Shown: positions 24,629 to 36,839 of the stretch, one piece after another
Position numbering within the stretch: position 1 is the stretch's first letter
Layout: every line of letters begins with the position of its first letter
Assembly (NCBI RefSeq): GCF_006345805.1
Contig: NC_043011.1
Coordinates: 62,446,464 to 62,510,463, forward strand
Source of the DNA: Octopus sinensis
Lineage: Eukaryota
Direction of reading: 5' to 3'
Length of the DNA stretch: 64,000 nucleotides
The notes under the pieces: generated by a model
Told to the model about the DNA's origin: nothing
What the model saw: the letters and a program-made list of their open reading frames with translations, nothing else
Databases searched by the model: none
Made by a program: the position numbers and the translations under genes

Positions 24629-24778
24629 GGAGCACTCCGTCGGTTGCGACGATGAGAGTCCCAGCTGATACGATCAACGGAACAGCTTGCTCGTGATATT
24701 AACGTGCAAGTGGCTGAGCACTCCACAGACACGTGTACCCTTAACGTAGTTCTCGGGGATAATCAGCGTGACACAAAA
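24629..24778 (-). mobile_element. SINE family C tail fragment
   Basis: Matches 25693-25850. Confidence 0.75.
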
Positions 24779-25092
24779 ATAAGAAAAAAGCTGTCCGCTT
24801 ATTAGCTCCATGAGGCCATCGCCTTAAGTTAGCTATTTGATACACAAACTGTATCCATATAACCTTCGAACAAGGGAGGTCAATCGCTCCACACTACTTA
24901 TTTTTATAAGAATGCCATATTAGTATGGCGATAACTATTATTTTCCGGGAACGCTGCCGCTGTTCTCTTTTAGAGAGACTTAGTTATTTTAATATTTCTA
25001 TTATTGAAAACAAGTGGATGTATTCCACCGAAACTAGGTAAATAAAACCATCGAACAGAGATTGTCGGAAGCGACACCTACTGGCTGGCTAC

Positions 25093-25133
25093 GCTGCATT
25101 GAAAAGGGGCAATACCCCGAACGCGTCTGTAGC
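25093..25133 (+). ncRNA. Hammerhead copy 1 (GAA instead of GAAA)
   Basis: gctgca-TTGAAAA-gggg caata cccc-GAA-cgcg-TC-tgtagc. Confidence 0.6.
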
Positions 25134-25454
25134 TGCCGGTCAAGTTGTGGAGCGACTGACCTCCCTTGTTCGAAGGTTATATTGATACAGTTTGTGTATC
25201 AAATAGCTAACTTAAGGCGATGGCCTCATGGAGCTAATAAGCGGACAGCTTTTTTCTTATTATTTTTATAAGAATGCCATATTAGTATGGTGATAACTAT
25301 TATTTTCCGGGAACGCTGCCGCTGTTCTCTTTTAGAGAGACTTAGTTATTTTAATATTTCTATTATTGAAAACAAGTGGATGTATTCCACCGAAACTAGG
25401 TAAATAAAACCATCGAACAGAGATTGTCGGAAGCGACACCTACTGGCTGGCTAC

Positions 25455-25496
25455 GCTGCATTGAAAAGGGGCAATACCCCGAAACGCGTCTGTAGC
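25455..25496 (+). ncRNA. Minimal type-I hammerhead ribozyme with U3:A8 compensatory core
   Basis: gctgca-TTGAAAA-gggg caata cccc-GAAA-cgcg-TC-tgtagc: 6-bp stem I (one G-U), 4-bp stem II, palindromic stem III. Confidence 0.75.
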
Positions 25497-25655
25497 TGCC
25501 GGTCAAGTAGTGTGGAGCGACTGACCTCCCTTGTTCGAAGGTTATATGGATACAGTTTGTGTATCAAATAGCTAACTTAAGGCGATGGCCTCATGGAGCT
25601 AATAAGCGGACAGCTTTTTTCTTATTTTTATAAGAATGCCATATTAGTATGGCGA

Positions 25656-25692
<37 letters not shown>

Positions 25693-25694
<2 letters not shown>

Positions 25695-26075
25695 TGGCAC
25701 TCCGTCGGTTACGACGATGAGAGTTCCAGTTGACCCGATCAACGGGACATCCTGCTCGTGAAATTAACGTGTAAGTGGCTGAGCACTCTACAGACACGTG
25801 TACCCTTAACTTAGTTCTCGGGGAGATTCAGCGTGACACAGTGTGTGACGAGGCTGGCCCTTTGAAATACAGGTACAACAGAAGCAGGAATGAAGAGCGA
25901 GAGAAAGTTGTAGTGAAAGTGTACAGCAGGGGTTGCCACCCCACCTGCCGGAGCCTCATGGAGCTTTTAGGTGTTTTCACTCAACGAACAATCACGACGC
26001 CCGGTCTTGGAATCGAAACCTCAATCCGACGACCGCGAGCCCGCTGCCCTAACCACTGGACCATTGCGCCTCCAC
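25693..26075 (-). mobile_element. tRNA-derived SINE family C, full length
   Basis: Reverse complement head ggaggcgcaatggtccagtggttagggcagc..ggtttcgattcc. Confidence 0.85.
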
Positions 26076-26596
26076 AGAGCGACAACATAATAATACATTG
26101 TCATAAGAATTCATAAACTTCATTAGAACGCGAAGCGATTCAGAGTTTTTTTTTAAGATTTAATTTGTAGAAAAAGAATTCGAAATCTACCTGTGAGAGT
26201 CGACCCTGTATCCTCCAAGGGAGTTTTCAACCCAATACTTACATACTATTATTTGTAGCTTTTCTACTTCGAGTTTAACTGTTATAAAGAAAAACAATTA
26301 CTTCACAATAAAACGCTGTAATTTTGTTTCGTTTTAACGCTCATTTATCAAGACTGAATTCCACTCAAATTATTGGCTGCCATTATAAAATTACAGCTTC
26401 GTCTAAATCAATGATATATATATATATATATGTGGAAAGGCGAGATAGGGGAGGAGGTGAGATATAAATTTTGATTAATGGGAAATTGGATCGCTAATCT
26501 GATGGAGAGTGGCTTTCATCCAGAGATATCCGCGCACCAGATTCACTAACACTCTGCTCTTGTCAGACAGATAGACAGATAGATATGTATGTGAAT

Positions 26597-26689
<93 letters not shown>

Positions 26690-26709
26690 GTATATATATA
26701 TTTGAATAT

Positions 26710-27896
26710 ATATATTGCCTTTGGCAGTAATTACAACTTGAATTCTACGAGGTATGGACTCGTACAAAGTCTGAATTGTTTCCAAAGGAATGTTTGTCCG
26801 CTCTTCAGCTAAAACAGTCTCCAGTTCTTGTAGTGATGATGGAAGAGTGTATCGACTCCTTATTTGTTTTCCTAAAATGCACCATAAATGCTCAATAATA
26901 TTGAGACCCGGGGACTGTGGTGCCCAGATAAGATGTTCAACTTCACTGGAATGTTCGTCCTCCCATGCAATAACAAATTTAGCTGTGTGAAATAGTGCAT
27001 TATCATCCTGAAAGATAGAGGTCCCCTCCGGAAGCAGTTCCACAGCCATAGGATAAATTTGATCAGATAAAATGCTTAAATAGTGTTGACTATTAATTTT
27101 GCCATGGAGGGAAACCATTGGGCCGGCGGATTTCCGAGATATTAGCCCCCCTCCTATATCATCACAGATCCTCCTCCATTTTAAACAGTTGGAAGAAGGC
27201 TGTTAAATGCTTCTTTTGGCTGTATCCACACATATACTCGGCCGGTGGGCGGAAATAAGGTAAAGGATGGCTTGTCCGAGAAAATGACATTCTTCCACTG
27301 CTCTAGGGATTAATTCTGTAGGTTTTTACTCTACACTAAGCGTAGGTTTTTACTTCACACAAAGCCCTCCCGTGTAATCCAGCTTTGCGCAGCTCCCGGC
27401 GTACAGGTTTTGCGGAAACTGGGTTCTCAAGGTGGTCATAAAGCTCTGCAGTAATTTTGGGAGCTGTACTTTGGGATCCTTTCTAACAATTAGCGTAAGA
27501 GTTCGACGGTCCTTATCTGAAAGTTTTGGCTTTCTTCTGGGGTTTTGTTTCAACGAGGAGGTTTTCCCCTCTTTCTCAAAGTTTGTCATTACTTTTGAGA
27601 CAGTACTTCTTGACAAACCAAACATTTCGGCTGCTTTCGTTACGCTAGCGCCTGCCATACGAGCACCAACAATTTGACCTCTTGGAAAGTCCGACAGATC
27701 TGTCCTTTTAATGAATTTTAACTACCTTTTTTGATGATATCTGAAAAGAAACAGCAATTTTAGCAAATCATATGAAGAAAAAACTAATAATAAATAAAAA
27801 AAAACTAAAAATAAACAAGCTCTTGACGGTTTTATACACATTTCAAAACTATGATGCAATGATGCTAGTTGTTTCCATTATTTTGTCCAACTCTTG

Positions 27897-27897
<1 letters not shown>
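26710..27897 (-). pseudogene. Near-complete decayed Tc1 (DD34E) transposase with one TIR
   Basis: AEMFGLSRSTVSK, FSDKPSF..GRVYVW..GGGSVM, FQDDNA, QSPGLNIIEHLW; TA-caagagttggacaaaataatgg end. Confidence 0.9.
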
Positions 27898-27962
<65 letters not shown>

Positions 27963-27984
27963 AATGACAGTCAGACAAACAAAC

Positions 27985-28015
<31 letters not shown>

Positions 28016-28575
28016 TACATAGATAGATAGATATATAGATAGACAGACAAACAGATATGTCGTTAAATAGATAGAAATAAATTCATATTGCACCATTATT
28101 CAAAGGCACCACAGGGTCTGATCGTTGTGCCATACCGGCCACTGGATTAAGTTTACTGCATATGCACAAGAGCAGATCCTTCGACAGGCTACTACCCGAT
28201 TAGGGCCTATTAGAGGAAAGATTTAACCAGTAGATTGCTCCGAGGCCCGAAGATCTAAGGAAGGGACCTCAAATATCAGATGGCCCCTACAAAAAATCAA
28301 ACAACAACAGGAGCAACAAAAATATCTCACTACTCTAGACCAGGAAACGGACAGTCCACCTCAACCTAAATGCAGACTCGTTCTGCTTTGCAAATTTCTC
28401 TTGGAGGTCCTGAGCACTGTCTCCTTTTACCAGATTCCACTCTCAAGGAATTGGACCAATCTAACGCTAAAATTGAAGACACGTCGAGTTTCATGTTTCC
28501 GTTCATTCAAACGATTATTTAAAATAAACGGCACCGTGAGACACTGAGGAACGAATTCATGGATTACTTTTACGT

Positions 28576-28910
28576 AGGCGCAGTCGTGGCTGTGTCGTGT
28601 GAAGTTCGCTTCTGAATCATATGGATCCGAGTTCAGTCCCAGTGCGTGGCATCTTGGGCAAGTGTCTTCTACAATAGCCCAGGCTATGTTCATGTGCGTA
28701 GGTGTGTGTGTGTGTCTTTACGTTTCTGCTTGTTTCCACCGCCGCTTTACAACCAGTGTTTGTTTACATTTTATAACATAGCGGTTCGGCAAAAGGGGTC
28801 GGATAGAATATGCATCAAGCTTAGAAACATGGTTCAATTTCTTTGAGTAAACTCTTCGAAGCAATGCTCCAGCACGGCCGCACTCCAATGAGTGAAACAA
28901 ATAAAAGACT
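28576..28910 (+). mobile_element. SINE family A, diverged
   Basis: aggcgcagtcgtggctgtg head and conserved tail. Confidence 0.75.
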
Positions 28911-29991
28911 GTTACACAATATTAACGCATTTCCACAAATTATATAAATTCATCTCTTTGCATAAAATCATAGTCGCCGGCTTTCATTTTGCCGGGTATT
29001 CAAACGATTCGTTAAAATTTCGGCACCATGGAACTCAGACACAAAACGAAATCTTCTAAACATATTTACGCCTATTATAAAACTTCCTATCTTTCCTAAG
29101 ATTGTAGACACCCTGAAACGTCTACCAGCGAAAAATGATCTCATTAAAAGAAAGCCACGATTCACCAACAGACATTTTAACTCAGTGTGAATATTACTTG
29201 TATAATCATTCTGCTTTCATTTACGAGCGAACGTTTATCAGCCAAAAGTAAATTTCTTTGCTTTGACGAGTGGAGAAAGCAAAGGCGAGAATCATTTTGA
29301 CAGCTAAGCGAAGGGTCAACACATGTTTCGTAACATAGCAAAGAGGTTTACCGTAGGGCGATAGATTTTACTGTCGTAAACAGAAATCTGTTGTACGAAT
29401 GACAAACCAATGTAAAATTTCTGACTGTTTGTAGTTCTCCTACACTGAAATCAATTTTATCTGCATGACACATTATATATTGTGCATAATAAATGATATA
29501 TGTTTATAAAGAATCCGTGTGAAACTGTGTAAATCAATGTATATGACGTCACACTTTTCGTTTAGGCCGTGGTCAGTCTTCAGCAATCAGATTTATGATC
29601 AATTAAAAAGTTGTGAACATCTCATCTCTGTTTCAATCTTAACCATGAAATAAAGAAGACTCTATAGTCTTTTGAGGGTGATTTGGTTGTTATTATCAAG
29701 CAGGCCGGATGTCTACAACGGGGTTCTCTAATTGTATTGTGCGCAATATTATATACCCCTAGATCAGTTCTGATTGACGAAACCCATGATTAAGGGGGCT
29801 GTAATCAGGGCCATTAGGAAAACTTTTGCTTGATATAGCGTAATGACTTCCTTTTCATTTAGATGTAGTTGTTTGGCTTTTGAGAAGATTTGGCTATTTC
29901 TACCAGCGCGAACGAATGCTCACGTAGGAGCCACCAATGTTAGCTTACCATTTAAGGGTTTCTCTTAAGTAATATAGTGTCTTATGGAAGG

Positions 29992-30205
29992 TGGCGGGCT
30001 GGCAGAAACGTTAGCATGCCAAGTGAAATGCTTAGCGGTATTTCGTCTGTCTTAGCGTTCCGAGTTCAAATTCCACTGAGGTCGACTTTGCCATTCATTC
30101 TTTCAAGGTCGATGAAATAAGTACCAGTTACGCACTGGGGTCGATCTAATCGACTGGCCCCCTTCCCAAAAATTTCAGGCCTTGTGCCTAGACTAGAAAA
30201 GAATA
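29992..30205 (+). mobile_element. SINE family B
   Basis: ggcgggctggcagaaacgttagc..gagttcaaattcc. Confidence 0.8.
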
Positions 30206-30830
30206 TATTTATGGGAAATGATTGCCGTCATTTATATTGTGTAACCCCCCTAAATTCTATGAGAAACATCCACCGTCGGTTTAATATTCCTACACTACAC
30301 ACACGCACGAACACACACACACTCGCGCGTACACACACACATACAAATAGATAAAACAAGATGATCTGGATTAAGACTTTCACAAACCAAGCAGATTGTT
30401 GGATTGATTGATTGATTGAACGAATGATTAATTGGTTACATGCATACGACCTGGCTAATAACAAAAAACAAAAGAAGTGAAATAGAACCAGTGCACTTGT
30501 TTATTATTAACACAATGACCTACCTGGGTTAACACAAAATCTTTTTCAATATACGAGTGCATGACAAGAAACTTGCAAACCAAATATAAAAAATGAAAGG
30601 AACGCACACACACAGCCTCACTCACACACAACACACACACAAATAATGGCGCGGACACACACGTACATGCACACGCATGCACCACACAAATACGTACGCA
30701 GCTTCTTGTTGAACAAACGAGAAAGGAATTAATTAGCATCTCTTATTTTGATACAATGTACATGAAATGATATTTATCTCTCACTGGAGGCAGTGATTTT
30801 TTTGTTGATCCTACCTTAACACAACAGTAA

Positions 30831-30912
<82 letters not shown>

Positions 30913-30913
<1 letters not shown>

Positions 30914-31217
30914 GTAGAAGAAGAAAGAATAGGAAGTCCTTTGTTGTTTTGGCAGTATTAAATAATACTTGAAAAAGTACCTGAAAAATTATCAGAGAAG
31001 CTATCTCTATTCATTTTTCCGCCATGATAGATCGTTAGCCACAACACACATTTTTTTCTCTCCTTGTTTTTTCTGTGTCCCTTTCTGTAAAAGAGCGTAG
31101 GCTCGAAACGTAAAATACTTTTTCTATTCGTGAGCGTTATACTAATACATCTGTTTGTTTTGTACACCACCTGTCTTCGTCTTTTGTTTTTTCGTAAACT
31201 CTCCCTATACACACACA

Positions 31218-31282
<65 letters not shown>

Positions 31283-31579
31283 GTAGAAGAAGAAAGAATA
31301 GGAAGTCCTTTGTTGTTTTGGCAGTATTAAATAATACTTGAAAAAGTACCTGAAAAATTATCAGAGAAGCTATCTCTATTCATTTTTCCGCCATGATAGA
31401 TCGTTAGCCACAACACACATTTTTTTCTCTCCTTGTTTTTTCTGTGTCCCTTTCTGTAAAAGAGCGTAGGCTCGAAACGTAAAATACTTTTTCTATTCGT
31501 GAGCGTTATACTAATACATCTGTTTGTTTTGTACACCACCTGTCTTCGTCTTTTGTTTTTTCGTAAACTCTCCCTATAC
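30913..31579 (+). repeat. Tandem duplication (369-nt period) of a 298-bp unit carrying a degenerate hammerhead
   Basis: 30913-31210 matches 31282-31579; ttt-CTGTAAA-a-gagc gtag gctc-GAAA-cg-TA-aaa at 31082-31115 and 31451-31484. Confidence 0.85.
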
Positions 31580-31689
31580 ACCCACACACACACACACACC
31601 ACACACACACACCACACACATATATATATATATATGCATATATATATATATGCATATATATATGTATGTATATTGTAAAGTGCGTAACA

Positions 31690-31737
<48 letters not shown>

Positions 31738-31741
31738 TGTA

Positions 31742-32030
31742 AAGTGGTTACAGTATTCGATCACAATGTTGTGAGTTCAATTCCTGGCGACGCGATGTGT
31801 TCTTGTGCAAGACACTTTATCTCTTTCGTTGCTACAGTCCACTCAGCTGGCAAGAATGAGTAGTAGCTGTATTTCAAAGGGACCATCCTTGTCACACTCT
31901 GTGTCACGCTGAATATCCCTGAGAACTACGTGTTAAGGGTACACGTGTCTTTGGAGTGCTCAGCCAGTTGCACGTTAATTTCACGAGCAAGCTGTTTCGA
32001 CGATCGTATCTGGTGGGACATACAAATTCG
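31742..32030 (+). mobile_element. SINE with family-C tail and a different tRNA-like head
   Basis: Tail matches reverse complement of 25720-25870; head resembles 43886-44000. Confidence 0.7.
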
Positions 32031-32747
32031 GTCAGTTGCGTTCTATTACTTAATAAATGAAACAATGTATGGTTATTTACCATACGATTTTTCATTTATG
32101 ATATATATATATATAATATATATATATATACATATATATACATACATACATACATAAATACATACATGCATACATATATATATACACACATATATATATA
32201 TATATATATATAATATATATACATATAAACACTCACATACATACGCTGTTTGTTAATCTTGTGAAATCAATGGGAAAATGTATTATTTAAAAGCAAGTAA
32301 AAATTGCTATGGAAACTATGAAAGTTTGGTATAAAAACCTTATTCAAAAACATTTAATACTAAACAAAAAACAGAGATAAAAAAACCCACTGAATTTTGA
32401 GTCAGTTACTGTCCACAACGAACTCATTGGTGTTCTTGTGGCAATATAGAGATGTAGTTCACGCTAGGTTGAAGACGGAGGAATACGTCGACTTGACGAT
32501 AAAAGTGAAAATATGAATTAAAATATAATCAAAGCAAGAAAGAAATCCTGTTAATATTGTGGTTTATCACTTGACGGAACACCACATAACAGCGACTTAG
32601 TAACGGAACAACGACATCAGCAACAACAACAATAACGACAACAACAAACTTAAGTTATAACAGAAGGTAAATAAACGAGACCAGAGAAAGTAAATTCTAG
32701 GAGAGTAGCAAAAGAATAATAATAATAATAATGATAATAATAATAAC

Positions 32748-32820
<73 letters not shown>

Positions 32821-32835
32821 TAATAATAATAATAA

Positions 32836-34905
32836 AACTGTCACAACAAGCGCAGAAATCTCAGCACCGCATGGATTGACTACAAAAAGGCCTTCGACAG
32901 TATACCGCATCCATGGATCTTGAGATCGCTGGACATCTTTAAAATTTCCCCTGTGATTTCAAACTTCCTGAAGCACAATATGTCGTTGTGGAATACGAAT
33001 CTCCAATTATACCACTCTAATGGAGTACTTGCCTCAGAAAATATAAACATCAACTGTGGAATTTTTCAAGGTGACTCACTTTCACCTTTAATATTCTGCA
33101 TAGCCCTAATACCCCTTACAAGTGAATTAAACAGAACAGGGTATGGGTATAAAATTGCCAATAAAAAAATAAGCCATCTATTTTATATGGATGACTTAAA
33201 ACTTTATGGCAAAGACAATAATGAACTTGAAGGCCTATTGCGCACCGTGAAAGCATTCAGCGATGACATCGGGATGGAGTTTGGACTTGAGAAGTGTGCC
33301 AAGGCCACTTTCCAGAAAGGGAAAGTGAAGACCACAAATTCAGTCGTGTTAGATGTTGACACAGTCATAAGAGAGCTTGAGCAAGAACAGACATACAAAT
33401 ATTTAGGGATAAATGAAGGCTCTGGCATTCAGCATGCAAGCATGAAAGAGAAAATCAGAAGGAATGTTATAGGAGAGTTCGTGCAGTCCTGAAATCTGAA
33501 CTAAATGCACGTAACAAGGTGTTAGCTATAAATTCCTTAGCAGTTCCAGTTGTTACTTATAGCTACAATGTGTTGAACTGGAATATGAGTGAAGTAAAGA
33601 ATATAGATAGAAAAATACGCAAGCTGCTGAGTTGTAATAGGATGCACCACCCAAGGCAGACGTAGATCGCCTTTACCTTCCCAGAGCCCAAGGAGGTCGA
33701 GGCCTGATCCAATTTGAACTAGCTTACAAAACAACCACAATTGGACTGGCCAAATATCTCGAAATATCGAATGACTGGATGCTAAAGCTCGTGGAAAATC
33801 ACGAGAGACGAAAGAAGCTTCATTCTATCATCAAGAAAGCAAAAAATGTGCTATTGATCTCGTGCAGGATACCCAAACTGAACAACCCGAGGGAAGTACG
33901 GCAACTATTGTTGCAAAGAAGGTGAAAATGATGGCAATGAAAAAAGCGCACGAGCAATTGGCTGATAGGTGGGAGGAGAAACCTCTGCACGGCAAATATG
34001 TGACCCGCAGCAAACAAGCTGATGTTGACCAGAAGCAAACCCATCAGTGGCTGCGGAGCTCAGGGCTAAAAGCAGAGAGCGAACGTTTCATCCTGGCTGC
34101 TCAAGACCAAAGCCTATTAACCCGGAACTACCAGGCCAATGTGATGAAAAATGGAGCAGAACCAAAATGCCGATTCTGCAACGACATGATTGAAACAGTG
34201 AACCACCTAATCTCTGGATGTAAAGTCTTAGCACCAGTGGAGTATAAATTAAGACATGACAGAGTTGGCCAATATCTCCACTGGCTAATAAGTCGGCATT
34301 ACAATATCAAAACTGCCGACAAGTGGTATAATCACCACCCTGAGGCTGTAACTGAAGGAGAAAATGTAACCATTCTGTGGGACTTTCCAGTACATACAGA
34401 CCGAACCATCAAGGCCAATAAACCAGATATTGTTGTGAAAGACCAAAACAATAAAGTTTGCTCATTGATCGACATGAGCATCCCCTGTGATCATAATATC
34501 TCAGCGAAAGAGTTTGACAAGCTCAGAAAATATAAAGACCTACTCATTGAAATTGAGAAAATGTGGCATCTCAAGGCGGTTACAATACCAGTGATCGCAG
34601 GAGCACTAGGAATGATCAAGAAGGGAACCGAAAATTATATGAGAATGATCCCTGGCTTACAATCCCTGCAAGAAGTGCAAAAGATTGTCTTAACTGGTAC
34701 ATCGCACGTATTGAGAAGAGCATTGTCGATGTGAGAACTGTTGCTGCTCATGTATTTTAAATTAACTTTAAAAAAAAAAAAAAAGGAACGAACTACTGAG
34801 TTTGGTTTAATGGCCTACCAATATACACTATGAGTTTCTTTGCCCTAGGAGTCGGGAAGACACTCGGCAAGAAATGGAAGAAAATTTGAAAGAAGAAAAA
34901 AAAAA

Positions 34906-34907
<2 letters not shown>
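32836..34907 (+). pseudogene. 5'-truncated R4/Dong-type LINE, subfamily B (RT, CCHC, REL, 3' UTR)
   Basis: AWIDYKKAFDS, GIFQGDSLSP, YMDDLKLY, CRFC..HLISGC..RHDRVG, KPDIV..DMSIP; (TAA)n flanks; frameshifts. Confidence 0.9.
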
Positions 34908-34943
<36 letters not shown>

Positions 34944-34961
34944 GACAACAACAATAATAAT

Positions 34962-35460
34962 AAAAAGATAGGCTACAGCAAATATTTTGCTCAATATCAC
35001 AGATTTCCTTGTCAGTTGTTTGACCTTGATTTTCTTGTCAGTTGTCTGACCCCATATGTCCCCATAGGGTCATATGGGGACATATTCAACTGGTTAGGTT
35101 ATGTGCATCTCTGATCTCGAGCAGAAGTAGAGGGCGAGTATCATAGCCATGTGTTGAGATGAAGTCTTTGCAGTTTGCATAATCATGGGTGTTTCGTTCC
35201 ACATCCTTAAACAACCCTTAGTCAGGGACCTTTTCAGTGGGATGAACTACTGAACTTGAACAAAATTATAAGTGGACACCACCTTCAAGGTCATTCGCTG
35301 TTTTTCTTGATATGAGATCACCATGTCGCATACCTGTGGTTGCAATGAATGTGCCTGGTGTAACCTAATCAGACGCGTAGTCATGATGGGTATATTGGGA
35401 TTCGTATATTTGTACCCCAGTGTCACTTTGATGATATGCACTGCACTATCAGTCAATAGT
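34962..35460 (-). mobile_element. (TTA)n-tailed non-coding retroposon copy
   Basis: Similarity to 16719-17075 and 39356-39767. Confidence 0.65.
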
Positions 35461-35470
35461 AATAATAATA

Positions 35471-35510
<40 letters not shown>

Positions 35511-35524
35511 TAATAATAATGATA

Positions 35525-35616
<92 letters not shown>

Positions 35617-35658
35617 TAATAATAATAATGATAATAATAATAATAATAATAATAATAA

Positions 35659-35823
35659 TTGCTGCTCATGTATTTTAATTTAACTTTAAAAAAAAAAAAT
35701 TAACGAACTACTGAGTTTGGTTTAATGGCCTCCTACCAATATATACTATGAGTTTCTTTGCCCTAGGAGTCGGGAAGACCCTCGGCAAGAAATGGAAGCA
35801 AATTTGAAAGAAGAAAAAAAAAG
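35659..35823 (+). mobile_element. ~165-bp 3'-UTR-only copy of R4/Dong subfamily B in a (TAA)n array
   Basis: Closely matches 34741-34907 with a few differences. Confidence 0.8.
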
Positions 35824-35859
35824 TAATAATAATAATAGCAATTAATATTATTATTATTA

Positions 35860-36070
35860 CTTCAAAGTGTTGCCACAAGGGCAGCTTGGTGGAAGGAGAT
35901 TAAGTCGATTACATCGAGCCCAGTGCGTAACAGGTACTTATTTAATCAATCCCGAAAAGATGAAAGGCAAAGTCGACCTCGGTAGAATTTGAACTCAGAA
36001 CGTAGCTACAGACGAAATAGTGCTAAGCATTTCGTCCAGCGCGCTAACGATTATGCCAGCTCGTCGCCTT
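35860..36070 (-). mobile_element. SINE family B
   Basis: Conserved gtcgacctcgg..gaatttgaactcag motif. Confidence 0.75.
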
Positions 36071-36138
36071 AATAATAATAATAAGAAGAACAACAATAAC
36101 AATAATAACAACAACAACAACAACACAACAACAACAAC

Positions 36139-36179
<41 letters not shown>

Positions 36180-36839
36180 AAAGCTCCGGGTTCAATAACA
36201 ACATGGACGTACAATAAGATCTCTACACAAAACAAACTTAATCCAGTCACATCGGTGCGATGGAAGGAAAACTTCGCAATAGCACTGTGGAAAAGTTCTG
36301 TTAAAGCTTAGGTATTAAAAATCGGGAAGATTTTTGTCACATAAAGTGCAGTTTATTTCTTAAATGCACGATATCGCAATGCGACATACGCGACTAATCA
36401 AAACTGGTGCCAGGAAATCTGAAACAAACACACTAATTACACAGTAAGTACGTAAATTGAATAATTACCTTTACGTGCAACTGTCCATGCATCCATGTGC
36501 ACATGTTAATATTTATAAGTAACATAAAAAATATCTGCACTACTCACACCTACACACACAGAAAATAAAAAAAAGAAAAACACGTGTCACGAGCGACGCC
36601 GAACCAAACTAAAACAAAATGGCTTCGCACAGACGAATATGAAAAAGGAGCAGATTAGTTTCTCTGTTTGTAAGATAAACAAACAGTTATGCCTGGAAAC
36701 ATAGCTACCAAAACAAAAAACAAAAGCAAAATAGAGATGATTTGCGATCGATAAGCCTTCAGTATGACAAATACATCCATTCGAAAAACAAGAAAGCGGT
36801 GTCATGTCAAAAAGTCAATTCTTGACAAACTGACCCGTC

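Larger units (their letters stand above)
24781..25660 (+). mobile_element. Retrozyme-like element: 119-bp inverted segment plus about 2.1 tandem copies of a 362-nt HHR-containing unit
   Basis: Units start at 24899, 25261 and 25623; 24781-24899 is the reverse complement of the unit 3' end; no coding capacity; ends in (TA)n. Confidence 0.85.
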
